A stretch of DNA of 64,000 nucleotides from Escherichia coli (GTDB lineage Bacteria > Pseudomonadota > Gammaproteobacteria > Enterobacterales > Enterobacteriaceae): assembly GCF_003334785.1 (NCBI RefSeq), contig NZ_QOWV01000004.1; one strand, given 5' to 3'. The notes under the pieces were generated by a model. The model was not told where the DNA came from and made no database searches. It saw nothing but the letters and a program-made list of their open reading frames with translations. Numbering within the stretch: the first letter of the stretch is position 1; every line of letters begins with the position of its first letter. The position numbers and the translations under genes were made by a program. Positions 50,027 through 60,449 of this stretch are shown in pieces.

Positions 50027-51004
50027 ATGCTTTTAGCTACGGCACTGTTAATTGTTGGTTTACTTTTGGTCGTTTACAGTGCCGACCGCCTGGTTTTTGC
50101 CGCGTCTATTCTTTGCCGAACCTTTGGCATCCCGCCGCTGATCATCGGCATGACGGTGGTCAGTATTGGTACATCGTTACCAGAAGTCATCGTCTCGCTT
50201 GCCGCGTCTCTGCACGAACAACGCGATTTAGCCGTTGGTACAGCCCTCGGCTCAAACATTATCAATATATTGCTGATCCTCGGTCTGGCTGCGCTGGTTC
50301 GTCCTTTTACCGTCCATTCTGATGTTCTACGCCGTGAATTACCCTTAATGTTGTTGGTCAGCGTGGTGGCCGGTTCCGTACTCTATGACGGACAACTTAG
50401 TCGCAGCGATGGTATCTTTCTCCTCTTTCTGGCTGTGCTATGGCTGCTGTTCATTGTTAAACTTGCACGTCAGGCTGAACGTCAGGGGACTGACAGCCTG
50501 ACCAGAGAGCAGCTTGCAGAGCTGCCGCGTGACGGCGGATTGCCCGTCGCGTTTTTATGGCTCGGCATTGCGCTTATCATCATGCCAGTGGCCACGCGGA
50601 TGGTGGTTGATAACGCCACGGTGCTGGCGAATTACTTTGCCATCAGCGAGTTGACGATGGGTCTGACGGCAATTGCTATCGGAACCAGCCTGCCGGAACT
50701 GGCAACCGCAATAGCGGGGGTTCGCAAAGGTGAAAACGACATTGCTGTCGGAAATATCATTGGCGCAAACATTTTTAATATTGTCATCGTGTTGGGTTTA
50801 CCCGCGCTGATAACGCCAGGAGAGATTGATCCACTGGCGTACAGTCGTGACTACAGCGTGATGTTGCTGGTGAGCATTATTTTTGCGTTGCTGTGCTGGC
50901 GGCGCTCCCCGCAACCGGGCCGTGGTGTAGGGGTATTATTAACTGGCGGATTTATCGTATGGCTGGCGATGTTGTACTGGTTATCGCCAATACTCGTTGA
51001 ATAA
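50027..51004 (+). CDS. yrbG: CaCA-family cation/Ca2+ exchanger-like inner-membrane protein (325 aa)
   Basis: Two alpha-repeat halves (GTSLPE twice). Recognised as YrbG. Confidence 0.9.
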   Translation: MLLATALLIVGLLLVVYSADRLVFAASILCRTFGIPPLIIGMTVVSIGTSLPEVIVSLAASLHEQRDLAVGTALGSNIINILLILGLAALVRPFTVHSDVLRRELPLMLLVSVVAGSVLYDGQLSRSDGIFLLFLAVLWLLFIVKLARQAERQGTDSLTREQLAELPRDGGLPVAFLWLGIALIIMPVATRMVVDNATVLANYFAISELTMGLTAIAIGTSLPELATAIAGVRKGENDIAVGNIIGANIFNIVIVLGLPALITPGEIDPLAYSRDYSVMLLVSIIFALLCWRRSPQPGRGVGVLLTGGFIVWLAMLYWLSPILVE

Positions 51005-51017
51005 CTGGAAACGCATT

Positions 51018-52004
51018 ATGTCGCACGTAGAGTTACAACCGGGTTTTGACTTTCAGCAAGCAGGTAAAGAAGTCCTGGCGATTGAACGTGAATGCCTGGC
51101 GGAGCTTGATCAATACATCAATCAGAATTTCACGCTTGCCTGTGAAAAGATGTTCTGGTGTAAAGGGAAAGTTGTCGTCATGGGGATGGGAAAATCGGGG
51201 CATATTGGGCGAAAAATGGCGGCAACGTTTGCCAGCACCGGTACACCTTCATTTTTCGTCCATCCTGGTGAAGCCGCGCATGGTGATTTAGGCATGGTTA
51301 CCCCACAGGATGTGGTGATTGCTATCTCTAACTCTGGTGAATCCAGCGAAATCACGGCCTTAATTCCAGTGCTTAAGCGTCTTCACGTACCGTTAATCTG
51401 CATCACCGGTCGCCCGGAGAGCAGCATGGCGCGCGCCGCAGATGTGCATCTGTGTGTTAAAGTAGCGAAAGAAGCCTGTCCGTTAGGGCTGGCACCGACC
51501 AGCAGCACCACCGCCACGCTGGTTATGGGCGATGCCCTCGCTGTCGCGCTGTTAAAAGCACGCGGCTTTACTGCTGAAGATTTTGCGCTCTCACACCCAG
51601 GCGGCGCACTGGGTCGTAAACTTCTGCTGCGCGTAAACGATATTATGCATACGGGCGATGAGATCCCGCATGTTAAGAAAACGGCCAGTCTGCGTGACGC
51701 GTTGCTGGAAGTTACCCGCAAAAATCTTGGTATGACTGTCATTTGCGATGACAATATGATGATTGAAGGCATCTTTACCGACGGTGATTTACGCCGTGTC
51801 TTCGATATGGGCGTGGATGTTCGTCAGTTAAGTATTGCCGATGTGATGACGCCGGGGGGAATACGTGTGCGCCCTGGCATTCTGGCCGTTGAGGCACTGA
51901 ACTTAATGCAGTCCCGCCATATCACCTCCGTGATGGTTGCCGATGGCGACCATTTACTCGGTGTGTTACATATGCATGATTTACTGCGTGCAGGCGTAGT
52001 GTAA
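51018..52004 (+). CDS. kdsD: Arabinose-5-phosphate isomerase (328 aa)
   Basis: ATG 51018 (MSHVELQPGFDF). SIS domain plus tandem CBS domains. Confidence 0.95.
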   Translation: MSHVELQPGFDFQQAGKEVLAIERECLAELDQYINQNFTLACEKMFWCKGKVVVMGMGKSGHIGRKMAATFASTGTPSFFVHPGEAAHGDLGMVTPQDVVIAISNSGESSEITALIPVLKRLHVPLICITGRPESSMARAADVHLCVKVAKEACPLGLAPTSSTTATLVMGDALAVALLKARGFTAEDFALSHPGGALGRKLLLRVNDIMHTGDEIPHVKKTASLRDALLEVTRKNLGMTVICDDNMMIEGIFTDGDLRRVFDMGVDVRQLSIADVMTPGGIRVRPGILAVEALNLMQSRHITSVMVADGDHLLGVLHMHDLLRAGVV

Positions 52005-52024
52005 AGATTCAAGGATAAACAACA

Positions 52025-52591
52025 ATGAGCAAAGCAGGTGCGTCGCTTGCGACCTGTTACGGCCCTGTCAGCGCCGACGTTATAGCAAAAGCAGAGAACA
52101 TTCGTCTGCTGATCCTCGATGTCGATGGCGTACTGTCAGATGGCCTGATTTATATGGGCAATAATGGCGAAGAGCTGAAAGCGTTCAATGTTCGTGACGG
52201 TTATGGCATTCGTTGTGCGCTCACCTCTGATATTGAAGTCGCTATCATTACCGGGCGAAAGGCTAAACTGGTAGAAGATCGTTGTGCCACATTGGGGATC
52301 ACTCACTTGTATCAGGGGCAGTCAAACAAACTGATCGCCTTTAGCGATCTGCTGGAAAAACTGGCGATTGCCCCGGAAAATGTGGCTTATGTCGGCGATG
52401 ATCTCATCGACTGGCCGGTAATGGAAAAAGTGGGTTTAAGCGTCGCCGTGGCCGATGCGCATCCACTGTTGATCCCGCGCGCCGATTACGTGACGCGCAT
52501 TGCTGGCGGTCGTGGCGCAGTGCGCGAAGTTTGCGACTTATTACTCCTGGCGCAGGGCAAACTGGATGAAGCCAAAGGGCAATCGATATGA
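52025..52591 (+). CDS. kdsC: KDO-8-phosphate phosphatase (188 aa)
   Basis: HAD motif LLILDVDGVLSDG. Recognised as KdsC. Confidence 0.95.
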   Translation: MSKAGASLATCYGPVSADVIAKAENIRLLILDVDGVLSDGLIYMGNNGEELKAFNVRDGYGIRCALTSDIEVAIITGRKAKLVEDRCATLGITHLYQGQSNKLIAFSDLLEKLAIAPENVAYVGDDLIDWPVMEKVGLSVAVADAHPLLIPRADYVTRIAGGRGAVREVCDLLLLAQGKLDEAKGQSI

Positions 52592-53163
52592 GTAAAGCCA
52601 GACGTTGGGTTATCATTGTGCTATCACTGGCGGTTCTGGTGATGATCGGCATTAATATGGCCGAAAAAGACGATACCGCCCAGGTGGTCGTCAACAACAA
52701 TGATCCCACCTATAAAAGCGAGCATACGGACACGCTCGTCTATAACCCAGAAGGGGCACTAAGCTATCGATTGATTGCTCAACACGTTGAATATTATTCC
52801 GATCAGGCCGTTTCGTGGTTTACGCAGCCGGTACTTACCACGTTTGATAAGGATAAAATCCCGACATGGTCCGTAAAAGCAGATAAAGCCAAGCTGACCA
52901 ATGACCGGATGCTCTATTTATATGGACACGTTGAAGTCAACGCACTTGTGCCAGACTCTCAACTTCGCAGAATCACGACGGATAACGCGCAGATCAATCT
53001 GGTGACGCAGGATGTTACCTCTGAAGACCTCGTCACGTTATACGGAACAACATTTAACTCCAGCGGTCTGAAAATGCGCGGCAACTTACGCAGCAAGAAC
53101 GCCGAGCTGATTGAAAAGGTTAGAACATCCTATGAAATTCAAAACAAACAAACTCAGCCTTAA
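52588..53163 (+). CDS. lptC: LPS export protein LptC (191 aa)
   Basis: ATGA overlap with kdsC and an N-terminal TM anchor. Recognised as YrbK/LptC. Confidence 0.94.
   Translation: MSKARRWVIIVLSLAVLVMIGINMAEKDDTAQVVVNNNDPTYKSEHTDTLVYNPEGALSYRLIAQHVEYYSDQAVSWFTQPVLTTFDKDKIPTWSVKADKAKLTNDRMLYLYGHVEVNALVPDSQLRRITTDNAQINLVTQDVTSEDLVTLYGTTFNSSGLKMRGNLRSKNAELIEKVRTSYEIQNKQTQP
53044..53071 (+). promoter_or_regulatory. Sigma-E-type promoter for lptAB inside lptC
   Basis: GGAACAA (53044-53050), 16 nt, TCTGA (53067-53071), 61 nt upstream of the lptA ATG. This is consistent with the reported sigma-E-dependent lptA promoter. Confidence 0.45.
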
Positions 53164-53689
53164 TCTTGTGCTTGCCAGCTCACTTCTGGCCGCCAGCATT
53201 CCGGCATTTGCCGTAACCGGAGACACTGATCAGCCGATCCACATTGAATCGGACCAGCAATCTCTTGATATGCAAGGCAACGTGGTTACCTTTACCGGTA
53301 ATGTCATCGTCACCCAGGGCACCATCAAAATTAATGCCGACAAAGTGGTCGTTACCCGTCCGGGCGGCGAACAAGGTAAAGAAGTGATTGACGGCTACGG
53401 TAAACCGGCAACGTTCTACCAGATGCAGGACAACGGTAAACCCGTTGAAGGTCACGCTTCCCAGATGCACTACGAACTGGCAAAAGATTTTGTCGTTCTG
53501 ACGGGTAATGCTTATCTGCAGCAGGTCGATAGCAACATTAAGGGCGATAAGATCACTTACCTGGTGAAAGAGCAGAAAATGCAGGCTTTCAGCGACAAAG
53601 GCAAGCGCGTAACAACCGTTCTGGTGCCGTCTCAGCTGCAGGACAAAAACAACAAAGGCCAGACCCCGGCACAGAAGAAGGGTAATTAA
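53132..53689 (+). CDS. lptA: Periplasmic LPS transport protein LptA (185 aa)
   Basis: ATG 53132 (MKFKTNKLSLNLVLASSLLAASIPAFA). Overlaps the lptC 3' end. Confidence 0.95.
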   Translation: MKFKTNKLSLNLVLASSLLAASIPAFAVTGDTDQPIHIESDQQSLDMQGNVVTFTGNVIVTQGTIKINADKVVVTRPGGEQGKEVIDGYGKPATFYQMQDNGKPVEGHASQMHYELAKDFVVLTGNAYLQQVDSNIKGDKITYLVKEQKMQAFSDKGKRVTTVLVPSQLQDKNNKGQTPAQKKGN

Positions 53690-53695
53690 TTCGTT

Positions 53696-54421
53696 ATGGC
53701 AACATTAACTGCAAAGAACCTTGCAAAAGCCTATAAAGGCCGTCGCGTGGTAGAAGACGTCAGCCTGACCGTCAACTCCGGGGAAATTGTCGGTCTGCTG
53801 GGGCCAAACGGTGCCGGTAAGACCACCACTTTCTACATGGTTGTAGGCATTGTGCCGCGCGATGCGGGCAACATCATTATTGATGATGACGATATCAGTC
53901 TGCTGCCTCTGCATGCACGCGCGCGCCGCGGTATCGGCTATCTGCCACAGGAAGCCTCCATTTTCCGTCGCCTCAGCGTTTACGATAACCTGATGGCGGT
54001 ACTGCAAATTCGTGACGACTTGTCTGCTGAACAACGTGAAGACCGCGCGAACGAGCTGATGGAAGAGTTTCACATTGAGCACCTGCGTGACAGCATGGGG
54101 CAGTCACTCTCCGGGGGTGAACGTCGCCGTGTAGAAATTGCCCGCGCACTGGCTGCGAATCCGAAATTTATTCTGCTCGACGAACCGTTTGCCGGGGTTG
54201 ACCCGATCTCGGTTATCGACATTAAACGCATCATTGAGCACCTGCGCGACAGCGGCCTGGGCGTGCTGATCACTGACCACAACGTGCGTGAAACACTGGC
54301 GGTTTGTGAACGCGCTTATATCGTCAGTCAGGGGCATTTGATCGCCCACGGCACGCCTACAGAAATCTTACAAGACGAACACGTTAAGCGTGTATACCTT
54401 GGGGAAGACTTCAGACTCTGA
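53696..54421 (+). CDS. lptB: LPS export ABC ATPase LptB (241 aa)
   Basis: Walker [10 protein letters not shown], signature LSGGERRR and Walker B ILLDEP. Confidence 0.97.
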
Positions 54422-54468
54422 TAGGGTAGAAGTTTGCGACGTTTTAGCAGGAGAGTACGATTCTGAAC

Positions 54469-55902
54469 ATGAAGCAAGGTTTGCAACTCAGGCTTAGCCA
54501 ACAACTGGCGATGACGCCACAGCTCCAACAGGCAATTCGTCTGTTGCAGTTGTCGACGCTGGAACTTCAGCAGGAGCTACAGCAGGCGCTGGAGAGTAAT
54601 CCGCTGCTTGAGCAAATCGACACTCATGAAGAAATCGACACCCGCGAAACGCAAGACAGTGAAACGCTGGACACCGCCGACGCGCTCGAACAAAAAGAGA
54701 TGCCGGAAGAGCTGCCGCTCGATGCCAGTTGGGACACCATTTACACCGCTGGTACACCATCCGGCACCAGCGGTGACTACATTGACGACGAGCTGCCGGT
54801 CTACCAGGGCGAAACGACGCAGACCTTGCAGGATTACCTGATGTGGCAGGTTGAGCTGACACCGTTTTCCGACACTGACCGCGCTATTGCTACCTCTATC
54901 GTCGATGCCGTTGATGAAACCGGTTATCTGACTGTCCCGCTGGAAGATATTCTCGAAAGTATAGGCGATGAAGAGATCGACATCGACGAAGTTGAAGCCG
55001 TCCTTAAGCGGATCCAACGGTTTGATCCGGTCGGTGTGGCGGCAAAAGATCTGCGTGACTGTCTGCTGATCCAACTCTCCCAATTCGATAAGACCACGCC
55101 GTGGCTGGAAGAGGCCAGACTGATCATTAGCGATCATCTCGATCTGTTAGCCAATCACGACTTCCGCACTTTAATGCGCGTCACGCGTCTGAAAGAAGAT
55201 GTGCTGAAAGAAGCCGTCAATCTGATCCAGTCGCTCGATCCGCGCCCCGGGCAGTCGATCCAGACTGGCGAACCTGAGTATGTCATTCCAGATGTGCTGG
55301 TGCGTAAGCATAACGGTCACTGGACGGTAGAACTCAACAGTGACAGCATTCCGCGTCTGCAAATCAACCAGCACTACGCCTCGATGTGCAATAACGCGCG
55401 CAACGATGGTGACAGCCAGTTTATCCGCAGCAATCTGCAGGATGCCAAATGGTTGATCAAGAGTCTGGAAAGCCGTAACGATACGCTACTGCGCGTGAGT
55501 CGCTGTATCGTTGAACAGCAGCAAGCCTTCTTTGAGCAAGGTGAAGAATATATGAAACCGATGGTACTGGCCGATATCGCCCAGGCTGTCGAAATGCATG
55601 AATCGACGATATCTCGCGTGACCACGCAAAAATACCTGCATAGTCCACGAGGCATTTTTGAACTGAAGTATTTCTTTTCCAGTCACGTCAATACCGAGGG
55701 CGGCGGCGAAGCTTCCTCCACGGCGATTCGTGCGCTGGTGAAGAAATTAATCGCGGCGGAAAACCCAGCGAAACCGTTGAGCGACAGCAAGTTAACCTCT
55801 TTGCTGTCGGAACAAGGTATCATGGTGGCACGCCGCACTGTTGCGAAGTACCGAGAGTCTTTATCCATTCCGCCGTCAAACCAGCGTAAACAACTCGTTT
55901 GA
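54469..55902 (+). CDS. rpoN: RNA polymerase sigma-54 (477 aa)
   Basis: Gln-rich region I and an acidic region II, with the RpoN box ARRTVAKYR near the C-terminus. Confidence 0.97.
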   Translation: MKQGLQLRLSQQLAMTPQLQQAIRLLQLSTLELQQELQQALESNPLLEQIDTHEEIDTRETQDSETLDTADALEQKEMPEELPLDASWDTIYTAGTPSGTSGDYIDDELPVYQGETTQTLQDYLMWQVELTPFSDTDRAIATSIVDAVDETGYLTVPLEDILESIGDEEIDIDEVEAVLKRIQRFDPVGVAAKDLRDCLLIQLSQFDKTTPWLEEARLIISDHLDLLANHDFRTLMRVTRLKEDVLKEAVNLIQSLDPRPGQSIQTGEPEYVIPDVLVRKHNGHWTVELNSDSIPRLQINQHYASMCNNARNDGDSQFIRSNLQDAKWLIKSLESRNDTLLRVSRCIVEQQQAFFEQGEEYMKPMVLADIAQAVEMHESTISRVTTQKYLHSPRGIFELKYFFSSHVNTEGGGEASSTAIRALVKKLIAAENPAKPLSDSKLTSLLSEQGIMVARRTVAKYRESLSIPPSNQRKQLV

Positions 55903-55924
55903 CCCAACCGATAAGGAAGACACT

Positions 55925-56212
55925 ATGCAGCTCAACATTACCGGAAATAACGTCGAGATCACCGAGGCACTGCGCGAATTTGTTACAGCCAAATTTGCCA
56001 AACTTGAGCAATATTTTGACCGAATCAACCAGGTCTATGTTGTTCTGAAAGTGGAGAAAGTCACCCACACCTCAGATGCAACACTGCATGTAAACGGTGG
56101 TGAAATTCATGCCAGCGCGGAAGGTCAGGACATGTACGCTGCCATTGATGGCTTAATTGATAAGCTGGCACGCCAGTTGACCAAACATAAAGATAAACTG
56201 AAACAACACTAA
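55925..56212 (+). CDS. hpf: Ribosome hibernation promoting factor (95 aa)
   Basis: ATG 55925 (MQLNITGNNVEITEALREF). The track ORF is 28 codons too long. Confidence 0.94.
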   Translation: MQLNITGNNVEITEALREFVTAKFAKLEQYFDRINQVYVVLKVEKVTHTSDATLHVNGGEIHASAEGQDMYAAIDGLIDKLARQLTKHKDKLKQH

Positions 56213-56329
56213 TTGTCCGGGCAATTAGCATGTGCATGGCGGTCTGTTGTGCGGCACAACGGGCCATTTGTACGGTTAATGCTCCGAGCCTGTTCCACTG
56301 TTTGAGTGGGCAGGTTCTTAGGTGAAATT

Positions 56330-56821
56330 ATGACAAATAATGATACAACTCTACAGCTTAGCAGTGTTCTTAACAGGGAATGTACGCGAAGCCGCGTCCA
56401 CTGTCAGAGCAAAAAACGCGCCCTGGAAATCATCAGCGAGCTGGCGGCGAAACAACTTAGCCTGCCGCCTCAGGTGGTTTTTGAAGCTATCCTGACGCGG
56501 GAAAAAATGGGCAGTACCGGTATCGGCAATGGTATTGCCATTCCGCATGGCAAACTGGAAGAAGATACTCTGCGCGCCGTTGGCGTTTTCGTTCAGCTCG
56601 AAACGCCTATAGCTTTCGATGCCATCGACAACCAACCGGTGGACTTACTTTTTGCCCTGCTGGTGCCGGCAGACCAAACTAAAACGCACCTGCATACTCT
56701 GTCGCTGGTGGCGAAACGTCTGGCGGACAAAACCATCTGCCGCCGTTTACGCGCAGCCCAGAGCGATGAAGAGCTGTATCAAATCATTACGGATACCGAA
56801 GGTACTCCGGATGAAGCGTAG
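56330..56821 (+). CDS. ptsN: Nitrogen-PTS enzyme IIA-Ntr (163 aa)
   Basis: ATG 56330 (MTNNDTTLQLSSVL). Phosphorylatable His in GNGIAIPHG. Confidence 0.95.
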   Translation: MTNNDTTLQLSSVLNRECTRSRVHCQSKKRALEIISELAAKQLSLPPQVVFEAILTREKMGSTGIGNGIAIPHGKLEEDTLRAVGVFVQLETPIAFDAIDNQPVDLLFALLVPADQTKTHLHTLSLVAKRLADKTICRRLRAAQSDEELYQIITDTEGTPDEA

Positions 56822-56866
56822 TTATTCGGTAATGTCTCTTTTAGACGTTGTGAGGAGAAACAGTAC

Positions 56867-57721
56867 ATGGTACTGATGATCGTCAGCGGACGTTCAGGTT
56901 CAGGTAAATCTGTCGCCCTGCGTGCGCTGGAAGATATGGGTTTTTACTGCGTGGATAACCTTCCCGTAGTGTTGTTACCCGATCTGGCTCGAACCCTGGC
57001 CGATCGCGAGATTTCTGCCGCCGTCAGCATTGATGTTCGTAATATGCCGGAGTCACCAGAAATATTCGAACAGGCGATGAGTAACCTGCCTGACGCTTTC
57101 TCACCGCAACTCCTGTTCCTGGATGCCGACCGTAATACCTTAATTCGTCGTTACAGTGACACGCGCCGACTGCATCCGCTTTCCAGCAAAAACCTGTCGC
57201 TGGAAAGTGCTATCGACAAAGAAAGCGATTTGCTGGAGCCTCTGCGTTCGCGAGCGGATCTGATTGTCGATACCTCAGAAATGTCCGTTCACGAGCTGGC
57301 TGAAATGCTGCGTACCCGTCTGCTGGGTAAACGTGAACGCGAACTGACCATGGTCTTTGAGTCTTTCGGCTTCAAACACGGTATCCCTATCGATGCAGAT
57401 TACGTCTTTGACGTGCGCTTCTTGCCGAACCCGCACTGGGATCCGAAACTGCGTCCAATGACAGGTCTTGATAAACCTGTCGCCGCGTTCCTCGACCGCC
57501 ACACAGAAGTACACAATTTTATCTACCAGACGCGAAGCTATCTTGAGCTATGGTTACCTATGCTGGAAACCAACAACCGTAGCTACTTGACGGTCGCCAT
57601 TGGTTGTACCGGCGGGAAGCACCGTTCGGTGTATATTGCAGAGCAACTGGCAGACTACTTCCGCTCGCGCGGTAAAAACGTCCAGTCACGCCATCGTACG
57701 CTGGAAAAACGTAAACCATGA
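56867..57721 (+). CDS. rapZ: RNase adapter protein RapZ (284 aa)
   Basis: P-loop GRSGSGKS. Recognised as YhbJ/RapZ. SD GAGGAG lies upstream. Confidence 0.95.
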
Positions 57722-57990
57722 CCGTCAAGCAAACTGTTGAAATCACAAACAAGCTGGGCATGCATGCCCGGCCTGCAATGAAGCTGTTTGAATTAATGCA
57801 GGGTTTTGACGCTGAAGTGCTCTTACGTAATGACGAAGGCACCGAGGCTGAAGCCAACAGCGTTATTGCGCTGCTGATGTTGGATTCTGCCAAAGGACGG
57901 CAGATTGAAGTTGAAGCGACCGGTCCACAGGAAGAGGAAGCACTGGCCGCCGTTATCGCCCTCTTTAATTCTGGTTTTGATGAAGATTAA
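57718..57990 (+). CDS. npr: Nitrogen-PTS phosphocarrier NPr (90 aa)
   Basis: ATGA overlap with rapZ. HPr-like active site GMHARPA. Confidence 0.95.
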
Positions 57991-58136
57991 TCTTCATCAC
58001 TTTGACATACAACTCCCTTCAAACTCCCCCCGACAATAAGAAAATCACGTACTGAAATCGTTCTCAATCAACGTCATTTGTACATTTTGTGCGCTTTTCA
58101 CTTTCAGAAGAACCTTAAGAAAACCTTAAGAGGCAT

Positions 58137-58153
58137 TGTTTAGGTTTTGTTTA
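58137..58153 (+). promoter_or_regulatory. PhoP box in the yrbL promoter
   Basis: TGTTTA-GGTTT-TGTTTA is a perfect direct-repeat PhoP box, (T/G)GTTTA-N5-(T/G)GTTTA. It lies 51 nt upstream of the yrbL ATG, and yrbL is a known PhoP regulon member. Confidence 0.7.
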
Positions 58154-58203
58154 AGTTAATCGACCATACTGGAGATCGTCAGAAAATATTTCCAGGAGAT
58201 GGC

Positions 58204-58836
58204 ATGATTCGCTTATCTGAACAAAGTCCCCTGGGCACCGGAAGACATCGGAAATGTTATGCGCATCCGGAAGATGCCCAACGCTGTATCAAGATTGTCT
58301 ACCATCGTGGCGATGGTGGCGATAAAGAGATCCGCCGTGAGTTAAAGTACTACGCGCATCTTGGTCGCCGGTTAAAAGACTGGAGTGGAATACCGCGCTA
58401 TCACGGTACCGTTGAGACGGATTGCGGAACCGGTTATGTCTACGATGTGATTGCAGATTTTGACGGCAAGCCTTCCATTACGCTGACCGAATTTGCTGAA
58501 CAATGCCGTTACGAAGAAGACATTGCACAACTGCGCCAGCTACTGAAACAGCTGAAGCGTTATTTGCAGGATAACCGTATCGTGACGATGTCGCTGAAGC
58601 CGCAGAATATCCTCTGTCACCGCATCAGTGAGTCAGAGGTTATCCCGGTCGTCTGCGACAACATTGGTGAAAGCACATTGATTCCACTGGCGACCTGGTC
58701 GAAGTGGTGTTGTCTGCGTAAGCAAGAGCGGTTATGGAAACGATTTATCGCCCAACCGGCGCTGGCTATTGCCCTGCAGAAAGATCTGCAACCTCGTGAG
58801 AGCAAAACGCTGGCCCTCACTTCGCGCGAAGCTTAA
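58204..58836 (+). CDS. yrbL: PhoP-regulated protein with a protein-kinase-like fold (210 aa)
   Basis: ATG 58204 ([24 protein letters not shown]). Kinase-like landmarks [23 protein letters not shown] and CDNIGE. Confidence 0.88.
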   Translation: MIRLSEQSPLGTGRHRKCYAHPEDAQRCIKIVYHRGDGGDKEIRRELKYYAHLGRRLKDWSGIPRYHGTVETDCGTGYVYDVIADFDGKPSITLTEFAEQCRYEEDIAQLRQLLKQLKRYLQDNRIVTMSLKPQNILCHRISESEVIPVVCDNIGESTLIPLATWSKWCCLRKQERLWKRFIAQPALAIALQKDLQPRESKTLALTSREA

Positions 58837-59561
58837 TCCAGCTGGTGTTGTTGCATAAACGGCTCACCGCCTAACTGATACATCTGCCGTAAAATCCACG
58901 CCTGACGGCTACGCACGTAGCCCGATGGCGAGGAGACTTTGAAACGAAGTGGATTAGGTAATACAGCTGCCAGTAATGCAGCTTCCGACCGGGTAAGTTT
59001 GCTCGCGGGTTTGTGGAAATAACGTTGTGCCGCAGCTTCGACGCCAAACACACCGTCGCCAAATTCGGCGATATTCAGGTAAACCGTCAGGATACGCTTT
59101 TTGCTCCAGACCGTTTCTATCCCCAGCGTTAATCCGGCTTCCAGCCCTTTTCGAACCCAGCTACGCCCATCCCATAAAAAGAGATTTTTGGCTGTCTGTT
59201 GAGAAATCGTTGAAGCACCGCGAATACGGTTTTCATTGCGCTCGTTGTGCGCCAGGGCTTTCTCAATGGAAGCGACATCAAAGCCCCAGTGCTCAGGAAA
59301 TTTCTGATCTTCTGCGGCAATCACCGCCAGTCCCATCCACGGCGAGATTTGATCCATACTGACCCAGTCAGAATGTGCCACGTAACGAAAATTGCCATGC
59401 AGCCAGGCGCTGACCTGTCGCTCGACCATTACCGCTGAGAAGGGAACAGGCGCAACGCTAAACAACGCGATGCCCCCGCCCCAGAAAACGGCGAGGACAA
59501 CCATTAACCGCAAAAGAAAACGGCGAACGAAACTAAACACCGTTAAGCGGCTTTTACTCAT
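58833..59561 (-). CDS. mtgA: Monofunctional peptidoglycan glycosyltransferase (242 aa)
   Basis: GT51 motifs [12 protein letters not shown] and [13 protein letters not shown] overlap with elbB. Confidence 0.95.
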   Translation of the reverse strand: MSKSRLTVFSFVRRFLLRLMVVLAVFWGGGIALFSVAPVPFSAVMVERQVSAWLHGNFRYVAHSDWVSMDQISPWMGLAVIAAEDQKFPEHWGFDVASIEKALAHNERNENRIRGASTISQQTAKNLFLWDGRSWVRKGLEAGLTLGIETVWSKKRILTVYLNIAEFGDGVFGVEAAAQRYFHKPASKLTRSEAALLAAVLPNPLRFKVSSPSGYVRSRQAWILRQMYQLGGEPFMQQHQLD

Positions 59562-60211
59562 TCAGCCAGAACCAGCACGCGGGAAACCAGCTTATCAATG
59601 CCGCTCGCCGCTTCTGCAATGTTCTGCGCCAGCATATATGCTGGGGTGGTGACAATCTTATTGTCTTCATCAACCACGATATCATCGACAGGACACGGCA
59701 CATGCTCCGCGCCCATCTCTTCCAGCACTTCTGCGGTATCGATATCAGTACCGATGGTCAAACGCAGCGGGAAATCGAAAATTTTCGGCAGCATCGCCGG
59801 GGCAATACACATAAAACCAAGCGGTTTTCCGGCCTGATGCATCGCTTGTGCCAGCGCCTTTAATTCACGGTCAACGGTGCATTCGCTACCAAGACTGGCA
59901 AAATTGCTTAAATTCTTCGCCGCGCCAAACCCCCCCGGCACAATCAACGCATCCAGTTCAGCGGCATCGGCCTGGGCCAGAGGACGGATTTCACCGCGCG
60001 TTATTCGTGCCGCTTCAATCAGCACATTGCGCGTTTCCGTCATCGCTTCGCCAGTTAAATGGTTGATAACATCAACCTGCTGCTTATCCGGTGCAAAGCA
60101 GACCGCCTGCGCACCGCTGCGTGAAATAGCTAACAACGTCAACACCGCTTCATGAATTTCAGAACCGTCATAGACGCCGCATCCGCTCAGAATTACGCCA
60201 ATTTTCTTCAT
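59558..60211 (-). CDS. elbB: DJ-1 superfamily glyoxalase ElbB (217 aa)
   Basis: ATG 60211 ([21 protein letters not shown]). Conserved Cys in GFMCIAPAM. Confidence 0.92.
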   Translation of the reverse strand: MKKIGVILSGCGVYDGSEIHEAVLTLLAISRSGAQAVCFAPDKQQVDVINHLTGEAMTETRNVLIEAARITRGEIRPLAQADAAELDALIVPGGFGAAKNLSNFASLGSECTVDRELKALAQAMHQAGKPLGFMCIAPAMLPKIFDFPLRLTIGTDIDTAEVLEEMGAEHVPCPVDDIVVDEDNKIVTTPAYMLAQNIAEAASGIDKLVSRVLVLAE

Positions 60212-60328
60212 TGTGATCATCCTTTCGCAATTGACTGAAACACATTAATTTTTTTAATAAAAATGGTACGCATCACACATTTAACTGATTCATGTAACAA
60301 ATCATTTAAGTTTTGCTATCTTAACTGC

Positions 60329-60449
60329 GTGCGGCCTGAAAAACAGTGCTGTGCCCTTGTAACTCATCATAATAATTTACGGCGCAGCCAAGATTTCCCT
60401 GGTGTTGGCGCAGTATTCGCGCACCCCGGTCTAGCCGGGGTCATTTTTT
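60329..60449 (+). ncRNA. arcZ: Hfq-dependent sRNA ArcZ (SraH/RyhA), 121 nt
   Basis: The sequence GTGCGGCCTGAAAAACAGTGCTGTGCCCTTGTAACTCATCATAATAATTTACGGCGCAGCC...CCCCGGTCTAGCCGGGGTCATTTTTT is recognised as ArcZ. It has a terminator hairpin plus T6, and the 3' end overlaps the arcB stop. Confidence 0.9.
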
